NCBI RefSeq assembly: GCF_009914755.1
Contig: NC_060927.1
Reading direction: 5' to 3' (one strand)
From: the human T2T-CHM13v2.0 reference genome, Homo sapiens
Length of the DNA stretch: 64,000 nt
Part shown: piece after piece, positions 1 to 16,815 of the stretch
How positions within the stretch are numbered: position 1 is the stretch's first letter
How the letters are laid out: every line of letters starts with the position of its first letter
The notes under the pieces: model-generated
The model's database searches: none
Seen by the model: only the letters and a program-made list of their open reading frames with translations
Told to the model about the DNA's origin: nothing
Position numbers and translations under genes: made by a program

Positions 1-87
1 CATAATATTGATCTGTGTGGATAGAATGTAAGTTTTTTAAACAATCCCATAATGAACATTTATGTCCAATTTTTTAGACTTAAAAAA

Positions 88-627
<540 letters not shown>

Positions 628-979
628 ATTTTTATTTCTATTTATTTTAATTTTTAATTTTTGTTGGTACATAGGTATATATATATTTACGGGGTACATG
701 AGATGTTTTGATATAGGGATGCAACATGTTTAATAATCATATCATGGTAAATGGGGTATCCATCCCCTTGAGCATTTATCCTTTGTTTTTATAAACAATC
801 CAGCTGTACTCTTCTAATGATTTTAAAATGTACCATTAAATTATTATTGACTATAGTCATCCTTTTGTGCTATCAAATACTAGGTGTTATTCATTCTTTC
901 TACTTTTTGTATCCATTAACCATCCCCAGTTTTCCCCACACCCCCAACTCTCTCCCACTACCCTTCCCAGCTCTGGTAA

Positions 980-1336
<357 letters not shown>

Positions 1337-3427
1337 TAGATCCCACAGATAAGTGAAAACACGTGAAGTTTGTCTTTCTGTGCCTGGCTTATTTCACTTA
1401 ACATGATGACTTTCAGTTCCATCTGTGTTGTTGCACATAACAGGATCTCATTCTTTTTTATGCCTAAATAGTACTCCATTGTATGTAAATATCTGTTGAT
1501 GGACACTTACGTTGCTTCCAGATCTTGGCTATTGTGAACAGTGCGGCAACAAACATGGGAATGCAGATAACTCTTCCATATACTGATTTCCTTTCTTTTG
1601 GTTATGTACCCAGCAGTGGGATTGCTGGATTGTATGGTAGCTCTATTTTTATTTTTTTGAGGCACCTCCAAACTGTTCTTCATAGAAGTTGAACTAATTA
1701 ATATTCTCACCAACAATGTGTGAGAGTTCCCTTTCTCCACATCCTTGCCAGCTTTTGTTATTGCCTGGCTTTTGGATAAAAGCCATTTTAACTGGAGTGA
1801 GATGATATCTCATTGTAGTTTTGATTTGCATTTTTCTGATGATCAATGATGTTGAGCAGCTTTTCATATACCTGTTTGCTATTTGTATGTCTTCTTTTGA
1901 GAAATGTCTATTCAGATCTTTTGCCCATTTAAAAATTGGATCATTAGATTTATTCTGATAGTTATTTGCCATTCCTTATATATTCTGATTATTAATACCT
2001 TGTCAGATGGGTAGTTTGCAAATATTTTCTCCCATTCTGTGGGTTGTCTTTTCACTTTGCTGACTGTTTCCTTTGCTGTGCAGAAGCTTTTAAACTTGAT
2101 GTGACACCATTTATTCATTTTTGCTTTGGTTGCCTATGCTGGTGTGGCATTACTCAAGAAATTTTAGCCCAGAACAATGTCCTGGAGAGTCTCCCCAAGT
2201 TTTCTTGAAGTAGTTTTATAGTTCGAAGACTTATATTTAAGTCTTTATTCCATTTTGATTTGATTTTTCTTTTTCTTTTTTTTCTTTTTGAGATGGAGTC
2301 TCCCTCTGTCACTCAGGCTGGAGTGCAGTGAGTGCAGTGGCTTGATCTCTGCTCACTGCAACCGCCGCCTCCCAGGTTCAAACGATTCTGCCTCAGCCTC
2401 CTGAGTAGCTGGGATTACAGGCGCGCGCCACCACACCTGGCTAATTTTTTTTTTTTTTGTATTTTTAGTAGAGATGGGGTTTCAGCATGTTGGTTAGGCT
2501 GGTCTCGAACTCCTGACCTTGTGATCCACCCACCTCAGCCTCCCAAAGTGCTGGGATTACAGGCTGATTTGATTTTTCTATGTGGTGAGTGATAGGGGTC
2601 TAGTTTCATTATTCTGCATATGGATGTTGTTTTCCCGGTATCATTTATTGAAGAGACTGTCCTTTCTCCAGTGTATGTTCCTGGCACCTTTGTGGAAAAT
2701 GAGTTTACTGTAGCTGTATGGATTTATTTCTGGGTTCTCTATTCTGTGTCATGGGTCTATGTATCTGTTTTTATGCCAGTACCATGCTGTTTTGGTTACT
2801 ATAGCTCTGTAGTATAATTTGAAGTCACGTAATGTGATTCTTCCAGTTTTGTTCTTTTTGTTCAGGATAACTTTGGCTATTCTGGGTCTTTTGTGGTTCC
2901 ATATAAATTTTAGGATTTTTTTTTCTATTTCTGTGAAGAATGTCATTGCTATTTAAACAGGAATTTCATTAAATCTATAGATTGCTTTGGGTAGTATAGA
3001 CAGTTTAACAATATTGATTCTTCCAATCCATGAACATGAAATATTTTTCCATTTTTTGGTGTCCTCTTAAATTTCTTTCACAAATGTTTTATAGTTTTCT
3101 TTGTAGAGATCTTTCACGTCTTTGGTTAAGTTAATGCTTAGGTATTTAATTTGATTTGTGGCTATTGTAAATGGGTTACTTTTTTGATTTCCCTTTCAGA
3201 TCGTTCACTGTTGGCATATAGAAATGCTGCTGACTTTTGTATGTTGATTTTGTATCCTGCAACTTTACTGAATTTGTTTATCTGTAAACAATAGTTTACT
3301 AATGAATTCTAAAGTTCTAGCAGTTTTTTGCCAGAGTCTCTAGGTTTTTCCAAATATAAGATCATATCATTTGCAAACAAGGATAATTTGTCATCTGCTT
3401 TTCCAGTTTGGATGTCCTTTATTTCTT

Positions 3428-3754
3428 GCTTTTTTAAAAAAATTATACTTTTTAAGTTCTAGGGTACATATGCACAACGTCCAGGTTTGTTACATAGGTA
3501 TACATGTGCCATGTTTCTTTGCTGCACCCATCAACTCGTCATTTACATTAGATATTTCTCCTAATGTTATCCCTACCCCAGCCCCTGACTCCCCACCTAC
3601 CAGCCCTGGTATGTGATGTTCCTCACCCTGTGTCCATGTGTTCTCATTGTTCAGCTCCCACCTATGAGTGAAAACATGCGGTGTTTGGTTTTCTGACCTT
3701 GTGATAGTTTGCTTAGAATGATGGTTTCCATCTTCATCTATGTCCCTGCAAACG
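3428..3754 (-). mobile_element. 5'-truncated L1PA 3' end nested in the older L1
   Basis: L1PA 3'UTR antisense (aagttctagggtacatatgcacaac) flanked by 19-bp TSD TGGATGTCCTTTATTTCTT at 3409-3427 and 3755-3773. Confidence 0.85.
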
Positions 3755-3818
3755 TGGATGTCCTTTATTTCTTTATATTATCTGATTGCTGTAGCTAGGA
3801 CTTCCAGTACTGTCTTGA

Positions 3819-4103
<285 letters not shown>

Positions 4104-4667
4104 TAGTAGAGGCAAGGTTTTGCCGTGTTGGCCAGGCTGGTCTCAAACTCCTGGACTCAAGTGACCCGCCCCCTCAGCCTCCCAAAGTGCTGGGATTACA
4201 GGCATGAGCCACCTTGCCCAGCCATATATGGCTTTTATTATGCTGGGATATGTTCCTTCTGTGCCCAGTTTTTTGAGGATTTTTATCATGAAGGGATGTT
4301 GAATTTTATCAAGTGCTTTCTCAGCATTAATTGAAATGATTATATGATTTTTGTTCTTTATTCTGTTGATATAATTTATCACATTGATTGATTCACACAT
4401 GTTGAACCATCCTTGCATCCCTGGGATAAATCCCACTTGGTCATGATGAATGACTGTTTTAATGTATTGTTGAATTTGCTTTACTAGTATTTTGTTGAGG
4501 ATTTTTGCATCAGTATTCATTAGAGATATTGGCCTGTAGTTTTCTTTCTTTGATGCGTCTTTGTTAGTTTTGGTATCAGAGTAATACTGGCCTCATAGAG
4601 TGAGTTCGGAAGTATTCTCTCCTCTATTTTTGGGAACAGTTTGAATAGGATTAGAATGCTTCCTTAA

Positions 4668-4952
<285 letters not shown>

Positions 4953-5660
4953 TGACCTCGTGATCCGCCTGTCTCGGCCTCCCAAAGTGCTGGGATTACA
5001 GGCATGAGCCACCACGAGGTCCTGGGCTTTTCTTTATGGGGAGGAAAAGAACTTTAGAATTCAGTAAAGTTGCAGGATACAAAATCAACATACAAAAATC
5101 AGTAGTATTTTATTATGACTTTGATCTTGTTACTTGTTATTGGTCTGTCTAGGTTTCAAATTTCTTCATGGATCAATCTTGGTGTTTTATATGTGTCTAG
5201 GAATTTATCCATTTCCTTTGGATTTTCCAATTTATTGGCATATAGTTGCTCATAGTAGCCGCAAATGATCCTTTGAATTTCTGTGGTATCAGTTGTAATG
5301 TCTCCTTTTTCATCTCTAATTTTATTTTATTATTTATTTATTTTTTTGAGATGTGGTCTGTCACCTAGGCTGGAGTGCAGTGGTGCAGTCGTGATGCACT
5401 GCAACCTCTGTCTCCCCTGGCTCAAGCAATCCTCCCACCTCAGCCTCCCAGGTAGCTGGGACCACAGGCATGCACCACCACACCTGGCTAATTTTTTATA
5501 TTTTTGGTAGAGATGAGGTTTCACCATGTTGCCCAGGCTGGTCTCAAACTCCTGAGCTCAAGTGCCTGCCTCACCCTCCCAAAGTGCTAGGATTATAGGC
5601 ATGAGCTACCTTGTCCAGCTGCCTCTGATTTTATTTATTTGGATCTTCTCTCTTTTTCTT

Positions 5661-5755
5661 TTCTTTTTTTTTTTTTAGTATTTATTGATCATTCTTGGGT
5701 GTTTCTCGGAGAGGGGGATTTGGCAGGGTCATAGGACAATAGTGGAGGGAAGGTC
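5661..5755 (-). mobile_element. Severely 5'-truncated SVA (SINE-R 3' end plus poly-A)
   Basis: T-run then tttattgatcattcttgggtgtttctcggagagggggatttggcagggtcataggacaatagtggagggaagg; 13-bp TSD CTCTCTTTTTCTT at 5648-5660 and 5756-5768. Confidence 0.88.
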
Positions 5756-6450
5756 CTCTCTTTTTCTTAGTCTGACTAAAGGTTTGTCAACTTTGTGTAT
5801 CTTTTAAAAAAACCCAACTTTTTGTTTGAGTGACCTTATGTATTTTCATTTCAATTTCATTTATTTCTGCTCTAATCTTTATTATTTATTTTCTTCTACT
5901 AAGTTTTTTTTTTTTCCTTTTAAACAGAGTCTTGCTCTGTCATGCAGGCCGGAGCACAGGGACATGATTATAGTTCACTACAGCCTCAACCTCCTGGTGC
6001 CCAAGTGATCTTCCTACCTCAGACTCCTGAGTAGCTGGGACTACAGGTGTGCACCACCACGCCTGGCTAAGTTTTGTATTTTTTATAGCGATGAGGTTTT
6101 GCCATGTTGCCAAGGCTGGTCTCAAATTACTGGGCTCAAGCAATCTGCCGGCCTCAGCCTCTCAAATTGCTGGCCTCTTCTACTAATTTTGGGTTTGGTT
6201 TGCTCTTGCTTTTCTAATTCTTTAAGATGTGTTATTAGGTTACGTATTTGAAGTTTTTCCTCTTTTTTTGATGTAGGCATTTATAGCCGTAAGTTTCTGT
6301 CTTAGTACTGCTTTCACTGTATCTCATAGCTTTTGGTGTGTTGTGTTTCCATTATCATTTGTTTCATGAAATTTCTCAATTTCCTTAATTTCTTCATTGA
6401 CCTATTGGTCATTCAGGAGCATATTGCTTAATTTCCATGTGTTTGTATAG

Positions 6451-6820
<370 letters not shown>

Positions 6821-7917
6821 TAATGTTTTAAGACTTGTTTTGTGACTTAACATGTGTTCTATCCTTGAGAATCATCCATGTGATGAGAAGAATATGTATT
6901 CTGCAGCAGTTGGATGAAATGTTCTGTAAATATCTATTAGGTCCATTTGTTCTATATTGCAGATTAAGTCCAATGTTTCTTTGTTGATTTTCTGTCTGCA
7001 CGATCTGTCCAATGCTGAAAGTGGGGTGTTGAAGTCTCCAGCTATTATTGTATTGAGGTCTCTCTCTTTCCCTGTAATGTTTAATTTATATATCTGGGTG
7101 CACCAGCACTGGGTACATATTTATTTATAGTTGTTATAGCCTCTTGAAGAATTGACCCTTTTATTATTATATAATGACCTTTTTTGTCTCTTCTTACAGT
7201 TTTTGTCTTGAAATCTATTTTGTCTGATATTAGTATAGCTACTTTTGTCCTTGTTTGGTTTTCATTGGCGTGGAATATCTTTGTCCATCCCTTTATTATT
7301 TTTGGTCTATGTGTCTCTTTATAGGTGAAGTGTGTTTCTTGTAGGAAACAGATTCACTGGGTCTTGCTTTTTAATCCATTCAGCCAGTCTGTGTCTTTGG
7401 ATTGGAGAATTTAGTCTGTTTACATTCAATGTTATCAATAAGTAAGGACTTCTGCCATTTTGTTACTTGTTTTCTGGTTGTTTTGTGGTCTTCTCTTCCT
7501 TTTTACCTTCCTTCTTGTCTTTTGGTAAAGATGATTTTCTCTTGTGGCATATTTAATTTCTTGCTTTGTGTGTGTGTGTATCTGTTGTATGTTTTTTGAC
7601 TTGAGGTTACCATGAGGCTTGCAAATACTGTCTTATAACCCACTATTTTAAACTGATGACAACAAAGATTGCATAAACATGCAAAAAAGAAAGCTAATAA
7701 AAACTCTACACTTTAACTTTATCTCTCTGCTTTTTAACTTTTTGTTGTTTCTCTTTACATCTATTGTACTGTCTACGTCTTGAAAATTTATTTTTGATTG
7801 GCTTATCATTTAGTCTTTCTACATAAGAGCAGTTTACACACCACAATTATAGTGTTATAATATTCTATGTTTTTCTATGTGCTTACTATCACCAGTGAGT
7901 TTTGTACCTTTAGATGA

Positions 7918-8146
<229 letters not shown>

Positions 8147-8690
8147 TGATCTGCCCGCCTCAGCCTCCCAAAGTGCTGGGATTACAGGTGTGAGCCACCG
8201 CACCTGGACTCCTTTAGATTATTTTTCATTGCTGATTAATGTTCTTTTCTTTCAGATTGAAGAACTCCCTCTAGCATTTCTTGTAGAAAAGGTCTGGTGT
8301 TGATGAAATCCCTCAACTTTTATTTGTCTGGGAAACTATTTCTCCTTCATGCTTGAAGGATATTTGCACCAGCTATACTACTCTAGGGTAAATTTTTTTT
8401 TCCCCCTTGGCACTTTAAATATGTCTTGCCACTATCTCCTGGCTTGTAAGGTTTCCACTGAAAAGTCTACTGGCAGACATATGGGAGCTCCATTATATGT
8501 TATTTGTTTCTTTTCTCTTGCTGCTTTTAGGATCCTTTCTTTATCCTTGATCTTTGGGAGTTTGATTATTAAATGCCTTGAAGTAGTCTTCTTTGGGTTA
8601 AACCTGCTTGGTGTTCTATAGCCTTCTTGTACTTGAACGTTGATCTCTTTCTCTACGTTTGGGAAGTTCTCATATTATTTCTTTGAATAA

Positions 8691-9205
<515 letters not shown>

Positions 9206-10394
9206 TGATCTGCCTGCCTTGGCCTCCCAAAGTGCTGGGATTACAGGCATGAGCCACCGCGCCTGGCCTACTTTTTGTATTTTTAGTAGAGATGGAGTTT
9301 CACCATGTTGGCCAGGATGGTCTCGATCTGACCTGGTGATCCGCCCACCTCAGCCTCCCAAAGTGCTGGGATTACAAGCATGAATCACTGTACACAGCCC
9401 ACATCATTTCTTTTTATTCTTTTTTCTTTTTGCTCTTCTGACAGTGTATTTTCAAATGGCCTGTCTTTAATCTCAGTAATTTTTTTTCTTCTGCCTTATC
9501 AATTCTGCTATTAAGAGACTCTCATGCATTCTTCAGTATGTCAATTGCATTTTTCAACTTAACACTATTTCATAGTTATAATTATATGTGAACTCAATCC
9601 ACATACCTGCCATCTTTACTAAATTTTGTTTAATCATTTTCTGACTGCATAAAAATCACTTGCTTTGTATCTCTCTTTTATTTAAGACCCCAAAGTATCA
9701 GCAACTTTACTGAACTCTTTTACTTTAGGAACTCAATGGAGGAAAGGAGAAATATTAGGTGATTTAATTTCCCATTTATTTTGCCTCTGGTTTCTGTGTA
9801 ACTCTGGCTGGCCACTGTTGTAAATGGGAGTGAAGACCCTGAAAAATGAATGAGGCTGCTGAGGAGGGTGGTGGACAACAGCTAGATACTCACATTGCTT
9901 TTTGGATTCCCTTACTTTACAGTTAGGAGATACAAGATAGAGTTAGGTTGCAGAATTGTGACAACCAAAGCTCTGCACTACAACTAATTAGATCCAGAAT
10001 TAGAGGTGCTTGGTTAAGAAGGTGACTTTCTCCAAAGCATATCAGCTAAGCCAGAGGACTCATTCATTTTTCCAGCATTTGTTGAGTCTTACACTGAGCT
10101 AGGAGTTGGAGATGTTTAGAAGAAAGATAAAGACATAATGCCTTTTCTTGGAGTGGTAACACTTTATCAGGGGATACTGGTACATAGGCACCTCACAATG
10201 ATACAGTATGTCAAGGATGATGACAGAGCCCTGTAGAAAGTGTTCTAGAATCCAGAGAATGAACCAGATTGTTCAGTGAGAGGTTTTTCAAGTAGGTCAC
10301 CAGGAAAGTTGAAGGCATGTGGGTGGGAATTTGCCAGAAATTGCTTTGTTGGGCATTAAGTAGCTGATAATCTCAAGTTGTAAACAAATGGCTT

Positions 10395-10570
10395 GGAATG
10401 TGACAGCCTGGGTTTGAAGCCTGACTGCACTATTTAGGACCTTGGTAAGCTTGGGCAAGTCACCAAACCTTGCTGAGCTTCGTTTAAGTTTTTTGAAAAA
10501 AGGAGTAATAGTACCCACCTTGTTGGACTTGTGGGTTTAAGTGAGATAATACATGTAAAGTGCTTGAGTC
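10395..10570 (+). mobile_element. MIR SINE
   Basis: MIR core-like cttgggcaagtcaccaaaccttgctgagcttc...gagataatacatgtaaagtgctt. Confidence 0.7.
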
Positions 10571-10658
10571 TAGTCTTTTTTTTTTTTGCCTATTTAAAAA
10601 ATTGCATGTAAATCACTCTGCACAAATAATTATTCCTGTTAGAGCTCTCAGGGGTTAA

Positions 10659-10937
<279 letters not shown>

Positions 10938-11229
10938 TGATCCACCTGCCTTGGCCTCCCAAAATGCTGGGATTACAGGTGTGAGCCACCATGCCCAGCT
11001 CATTCTTCTAATCTAGAAGTTTCTCTTTTAGTGTAGTTTAAATCTCAAACTGCTCCTTTTTACCAATTCTTATGCTATCCCAAAACAAATTAGTTCTAGG
11101 CTGAAATTGTCATTACTTTTGCTTTGTTCACCCATATTCTGATGTTAAAGCAAATCTATAGTTAATTGTATAATTTCCTTCCTTTAATGTGCATAGTACT
11201 TGTTGTGTCTGATATCTTTTCTCACCCAT

Positions 11230-11345
11230 TAACATTTAAGTTCCTTAAGAGAAAGCTTATGCCTTCTTGGTCTTGTCTCTCATAATGTCTTAGCATGGTG
11301 CCTTCCACATCATAGGCACTCATAAATACTGACTGAATAAAGGAA
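11230..11345 (+). mobile_element. L2 3' end fragment
   Basis: cttagcatggtgccttccacatcataggcactcataaatactgactgaataa. Confidence 0.55.
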
Positions 11346-11473
11346 TAATCATGAATGCATGAGATTGCCAGATAGCTGATGTGATGTCAGACTGCCTTCA
11401 TAGAAACAAAATCCCCCTGAACAGGACAAAGTATAGAAACTGAGGAGAGTGGTTAAGATGGTGGGAGGACTGA

Positions 11474-12575
<1,102 letters not shown>

Positions 12576-13013
12576 CTATGTATTGTAATATATATTAATG
12601 TATATATTTAATAAAGGTTAATCATATACAATGCTACTGTATATGGTATTGTATAGTAACCGTAAACAATAGCATTGTACATGATTTACCTTTATTAAAT
12701 ATATGTTAATATATGTATATATTTATGTATTGCATATTCTCATTATCACCAGATTGCCTAAATTAATGAAAGGTGAAAATGGCTTTTTAAAAATTTGATC
12801 TTGGATTATTTAAAAAAATATTACTAACATGTCTTTTGCTTGGGGACACTAGTGTATAAAACATTATATGAACAGTGTTTAAATTGCAATAAACAAATTT
12901 ACATTGTTGTTAGCATGTCAGATGCAAGTAAATACTATTTTAATTTCTTTGTTAAATCTAAAAGGAGAAAAGTGAGCCAGAGTCAACTCATCCCAATTCA
13001 GATGAATTGTGTG

Positions 13014-13308
<295 letters not shown>

Positions 13309-13479
13309 GTGTGTTTAAAATTCAGGACTTCATCATCACCACCACCACTGTCTCACTATCACCATCATTGCTAACATATATATATAGCATTTATTATGTG
13401 TCTAGCTCTGTTGTAAACATACCACACATATTAACTCATGTACTTTTCCCCAAAATCCAACAAATTAAATACTGGTATT

Positions 13480-15030
13480 GCCATTTTTGTAACTTATTTT
13501 GTAGTAATTTCAAACTTACATAAAAGTTGCAAATATAATACAACAAACTCCTGGGTAAAAGATAACTCTCTTATTATTCTTCACCCGAGTTCTCCAATTG
13601 TAAACATTTTACATTTGTTTTGCCATTCATTTTCTTTTTCTGAACCAATCGAAGGTAAGTTGCAGAGGTGATATCCAATTATCCCTAACTACTTAAGTGT
13701 TTTCCTTTAAGACAAGGACCCTCTCCTGCATAACCACAGTGTTATCACCAAAATCAGAAATTTAACATTGATATAATTCCACTATCTAATCCACACACCA
13801 CATTCAAAATTTGTCATTTGTCCTAACAATTTCCTTTTTGAAAAAGTATTTCTTACTTTTGGTCTAGAATCAAAGTCAGGATTATGAATTACATTTAGTT
13901 GTTATGTCTCTTTAATCTTTAATTTGTGACATTTCCTCAATCCTTCCTTATCTTTAGTGACCTTGACATTTTTGAGTTCAGGCCTTTTTCTTTTTTTTTT
14001 TTTTGTAGAGTTCCTCATTTTAGGTTTGTCTGATGTTTCTTCTTGATTAGATTCAGGTGATATTTTTTTTTGGCAGGAATGTGATAGAAGTGAAATTGTA
14101 TTCTTCCAAATGTATCATATTAAAAGGCACATAATATTGTTTTTTTGTTGGTGATGTTAACTTTGATGGCTTAAGGTGATAATTTCTCCACTGTTAAGTT
14201 ATTCTCTTTCCCTTTGAATTAATAAGTATTTTGTAGGAGGACACTTTGAGGCTATGTAAACATCTGGTTTCTTAACAAAGTTTCACTTGCTTATTTTATG
14301 ATTCTTGCATAAACTGTTACTAGGATGATTGCCAAATTGTAGTTTTTCTAATTACAATATTTGTTTTCCATTTACTAGTTGGGATTCTATTGTACAGAAG
14401 TTTTTTCCTCTCCCTTCTTATTGGCTTATTTCCATCAGCGTGGACTTGTGGATTTCTATTTTATCCAATAGATTATAAGCCATTACTATCACTATTGGTT
14501 TTGATGCTGAAAATGCTCCAGTTCCAGCCATTGGGATACCCTTCAAGCCAGCTCCTGTGTCCTTTTGGCATCTCTGTATCATTCTGAGAGTACTTTTTTG
14601 GGGTGCAAGACATTTCAGGCTCTTCTGGTATTTTTTCTGCCACAATCATTGCAGTTATTTCATCAGCTGTTTCTCCACTGAGCTCTGGTTCCTTTTACTT
14701 GAGAATGGATTTTTAGAACCAAGATCTGGATGCTAGGTGTGGTCATTGCTACTGGAGTGTTACTGTTTTTAGGCCATTTTAGCAGACAGAGCTAGGAAAT
14801 TCACACACACACACCCACACACACACCCCTATATCTATTTATATATCTTTCTGTCCATTTATATTAAAACTCATGAATTTACTCCAATATCTCTAGCTCT
14901 ACTCCAACACTACAGGGTTCATTCTAGTCTTCACCCTTATTCTATTTGTAACTTCCTTCTCTCTTGGTAAAAAAATCTGGCTTCCATTATCCTCGATATA
15001 TTTAACTATTTACTCATTCTTCTTTTATGT
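13480..15030 (-). mobile_element. Ancient L1MC-like 3' region
   Basis: tttcaaacttacataaaagttgcaaa, accttgacatttttga, tagaaccaagatctggatgctaggtgtg motifs. Confidence 0.6.
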
Positions 15031-15810
15031 AACCAATCTCCTGACCTCACAGGCCACCTCCTTGGCCCCAATTCTTCCTCAGATTCAGGCCTGCTTATCC
15101 CACCAGTCTCTTCCCGACATAAATTAAACAACTAGAAGGTTGTGGAGCAGAAATTCAAACCTCAGTGCTGTAATTACTTGATAGAGAGCCCTTTATTAGG
15201 TCTTCAACACCAATGGAGTTGATTTGTGAAACAGCTTCTGTGAAAATGCTCATGGAAAAAAGGCCCTTGGGCTAATGAGATGAAGATTTATCCACACAGA
15301 GTGTCAGCCCCAGAGATGTGCCTTCCATAAGAAACTTGGGAGCATCAAGCCAAATGCTCTACCTGCCAAGAACCACAGCAAGGGGATTCTCCAAAATTGG
15401 TGAGGTTCAGGGACCAGACAGCCAGCACCACCAGTGCTATAAATATCACACTGTGTTTTATCATATCAAGAGTACATTTCATTAAGATGTAAACATATTA
15501 CTTTGCTATATTTCTGTAGAGGGAAATACTGCTTTTATTACAGATTCTTAGATTGAAATTCTAGGAGCTGGATGATGGTGTCTCCTCTTTTAGTGCTGAC
15601 TTCATTTCCTGGTCCAGAAGATCAGAAATCTGTTCATGTTTTAGAGAACAGCATGAGGTCCATCTGTTCAGGTCAGATTTTTCCAAATTAACATAAAGAT
15701 TTATGGGGTGGTAACTTATGTAAGAAAAGCCAAAGGTAATTATATTCTTTGCTGCCATTTGGAACTTACATTATGTTTTTGGTTAGTAATGAAAATATAC
15801 TAGTATGTAT

Positions 15811-15844
15811 CTACACACACACAACACACACACACACACACACA
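15811..15844. repeat. (CA)n microsatellite, interrupted
   Basis: acacacacacaacacacacacacacacacaca. Confidence 0.85.
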
Positions 15845-16523
15845 GAATTCTTTCAAACACTATGATAAAGTCATCCTCTTCAGTTTGTATAATATTTCAC
15901 CTCTGTTTTGGTTTAGGCACCAGACACCATCCATTCAAATTTTCTCTGTAATGTGGTCTGTTTATGTACAGTTTTCCTTCCAACAGAAGGCACAGAAATA
16001 AAAGAGCTACAATTGGCTTCTTGGGTGACTATTTTAGTGTGACTGAAATACAGAGTAATGATTTTTTTCCTCTGATGAAAATAGCTTGATTTTTTTCTGA
16101 TTTCAAAGGAAATATATACATATATGAAAAACAAACAGAAAAGAGAGAAAATACCATATAATTGAATTTCCACCATTTGCAAGGATAAATAGAATCACAT
16201 CATGAATACTCATTGACATCTTTCTTTTTACTCAGCAATATGACATGAGGGTTTTCTTATGTAAATATATATACATATAAATTACCCTTTTAGATGGCTG
16301 CATATTACAGTAATGATTTTCTTTAACCAGCATCCCATTAATGAGAAGTTTATTTCCAATTTTTCATTGTATAAAGAAAGCCATGATGAATATTTTTGCA
16401 TGCACATCCTTATATACTTTGCTGGTGATGATCTTAGGATATATCCCTGAAAATAGCATTGCTGGGTCAAAGAGTTCACATATTTTAAATTTTGACACCA
16501 CATGTTCCTGGTACAATTAACTC

Positions 16524-16815
16524 TTTTTTTTTTTTTTTGAAACAAGGTCTTGCTCTGTCACCCAGGGCGGAGTGCACTGGTACAATCTTGGCTCACTGCA
16601 ACCTCTGCTACCTGGCTCAAGCAATCCTCCAGCCTCAGCCTCCCATGTATACAGCTGGGACTACAGGCGGGAGTCACCACGCCCAGCTCATTTTTGTATT
16701 TTTCTGTAGAGATGGGTTTTTGCCACGTTGCCCAGGCTGGTCTCAAATCTCCTGAGCTCAAAGTGATCTGCCTCCCGAAGTGTTAGGATTACAGGTGTGA
16801 GCCACTGTGCCCGGC
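16524..16815 (-). mobile_element. AluJ-like
   Basis: Diverged antisense Alu with ggctcaagcaatcctcc. Confidence 0.8.

Noticed and set aside
15561-15758. 65-aa minus-strand ORF in unique DNA and a weak plus-strand exon (~15565-15671)
   Set aside because: No recognisable homology; weak acceptor tract and non-optimal donor GTCAGA.
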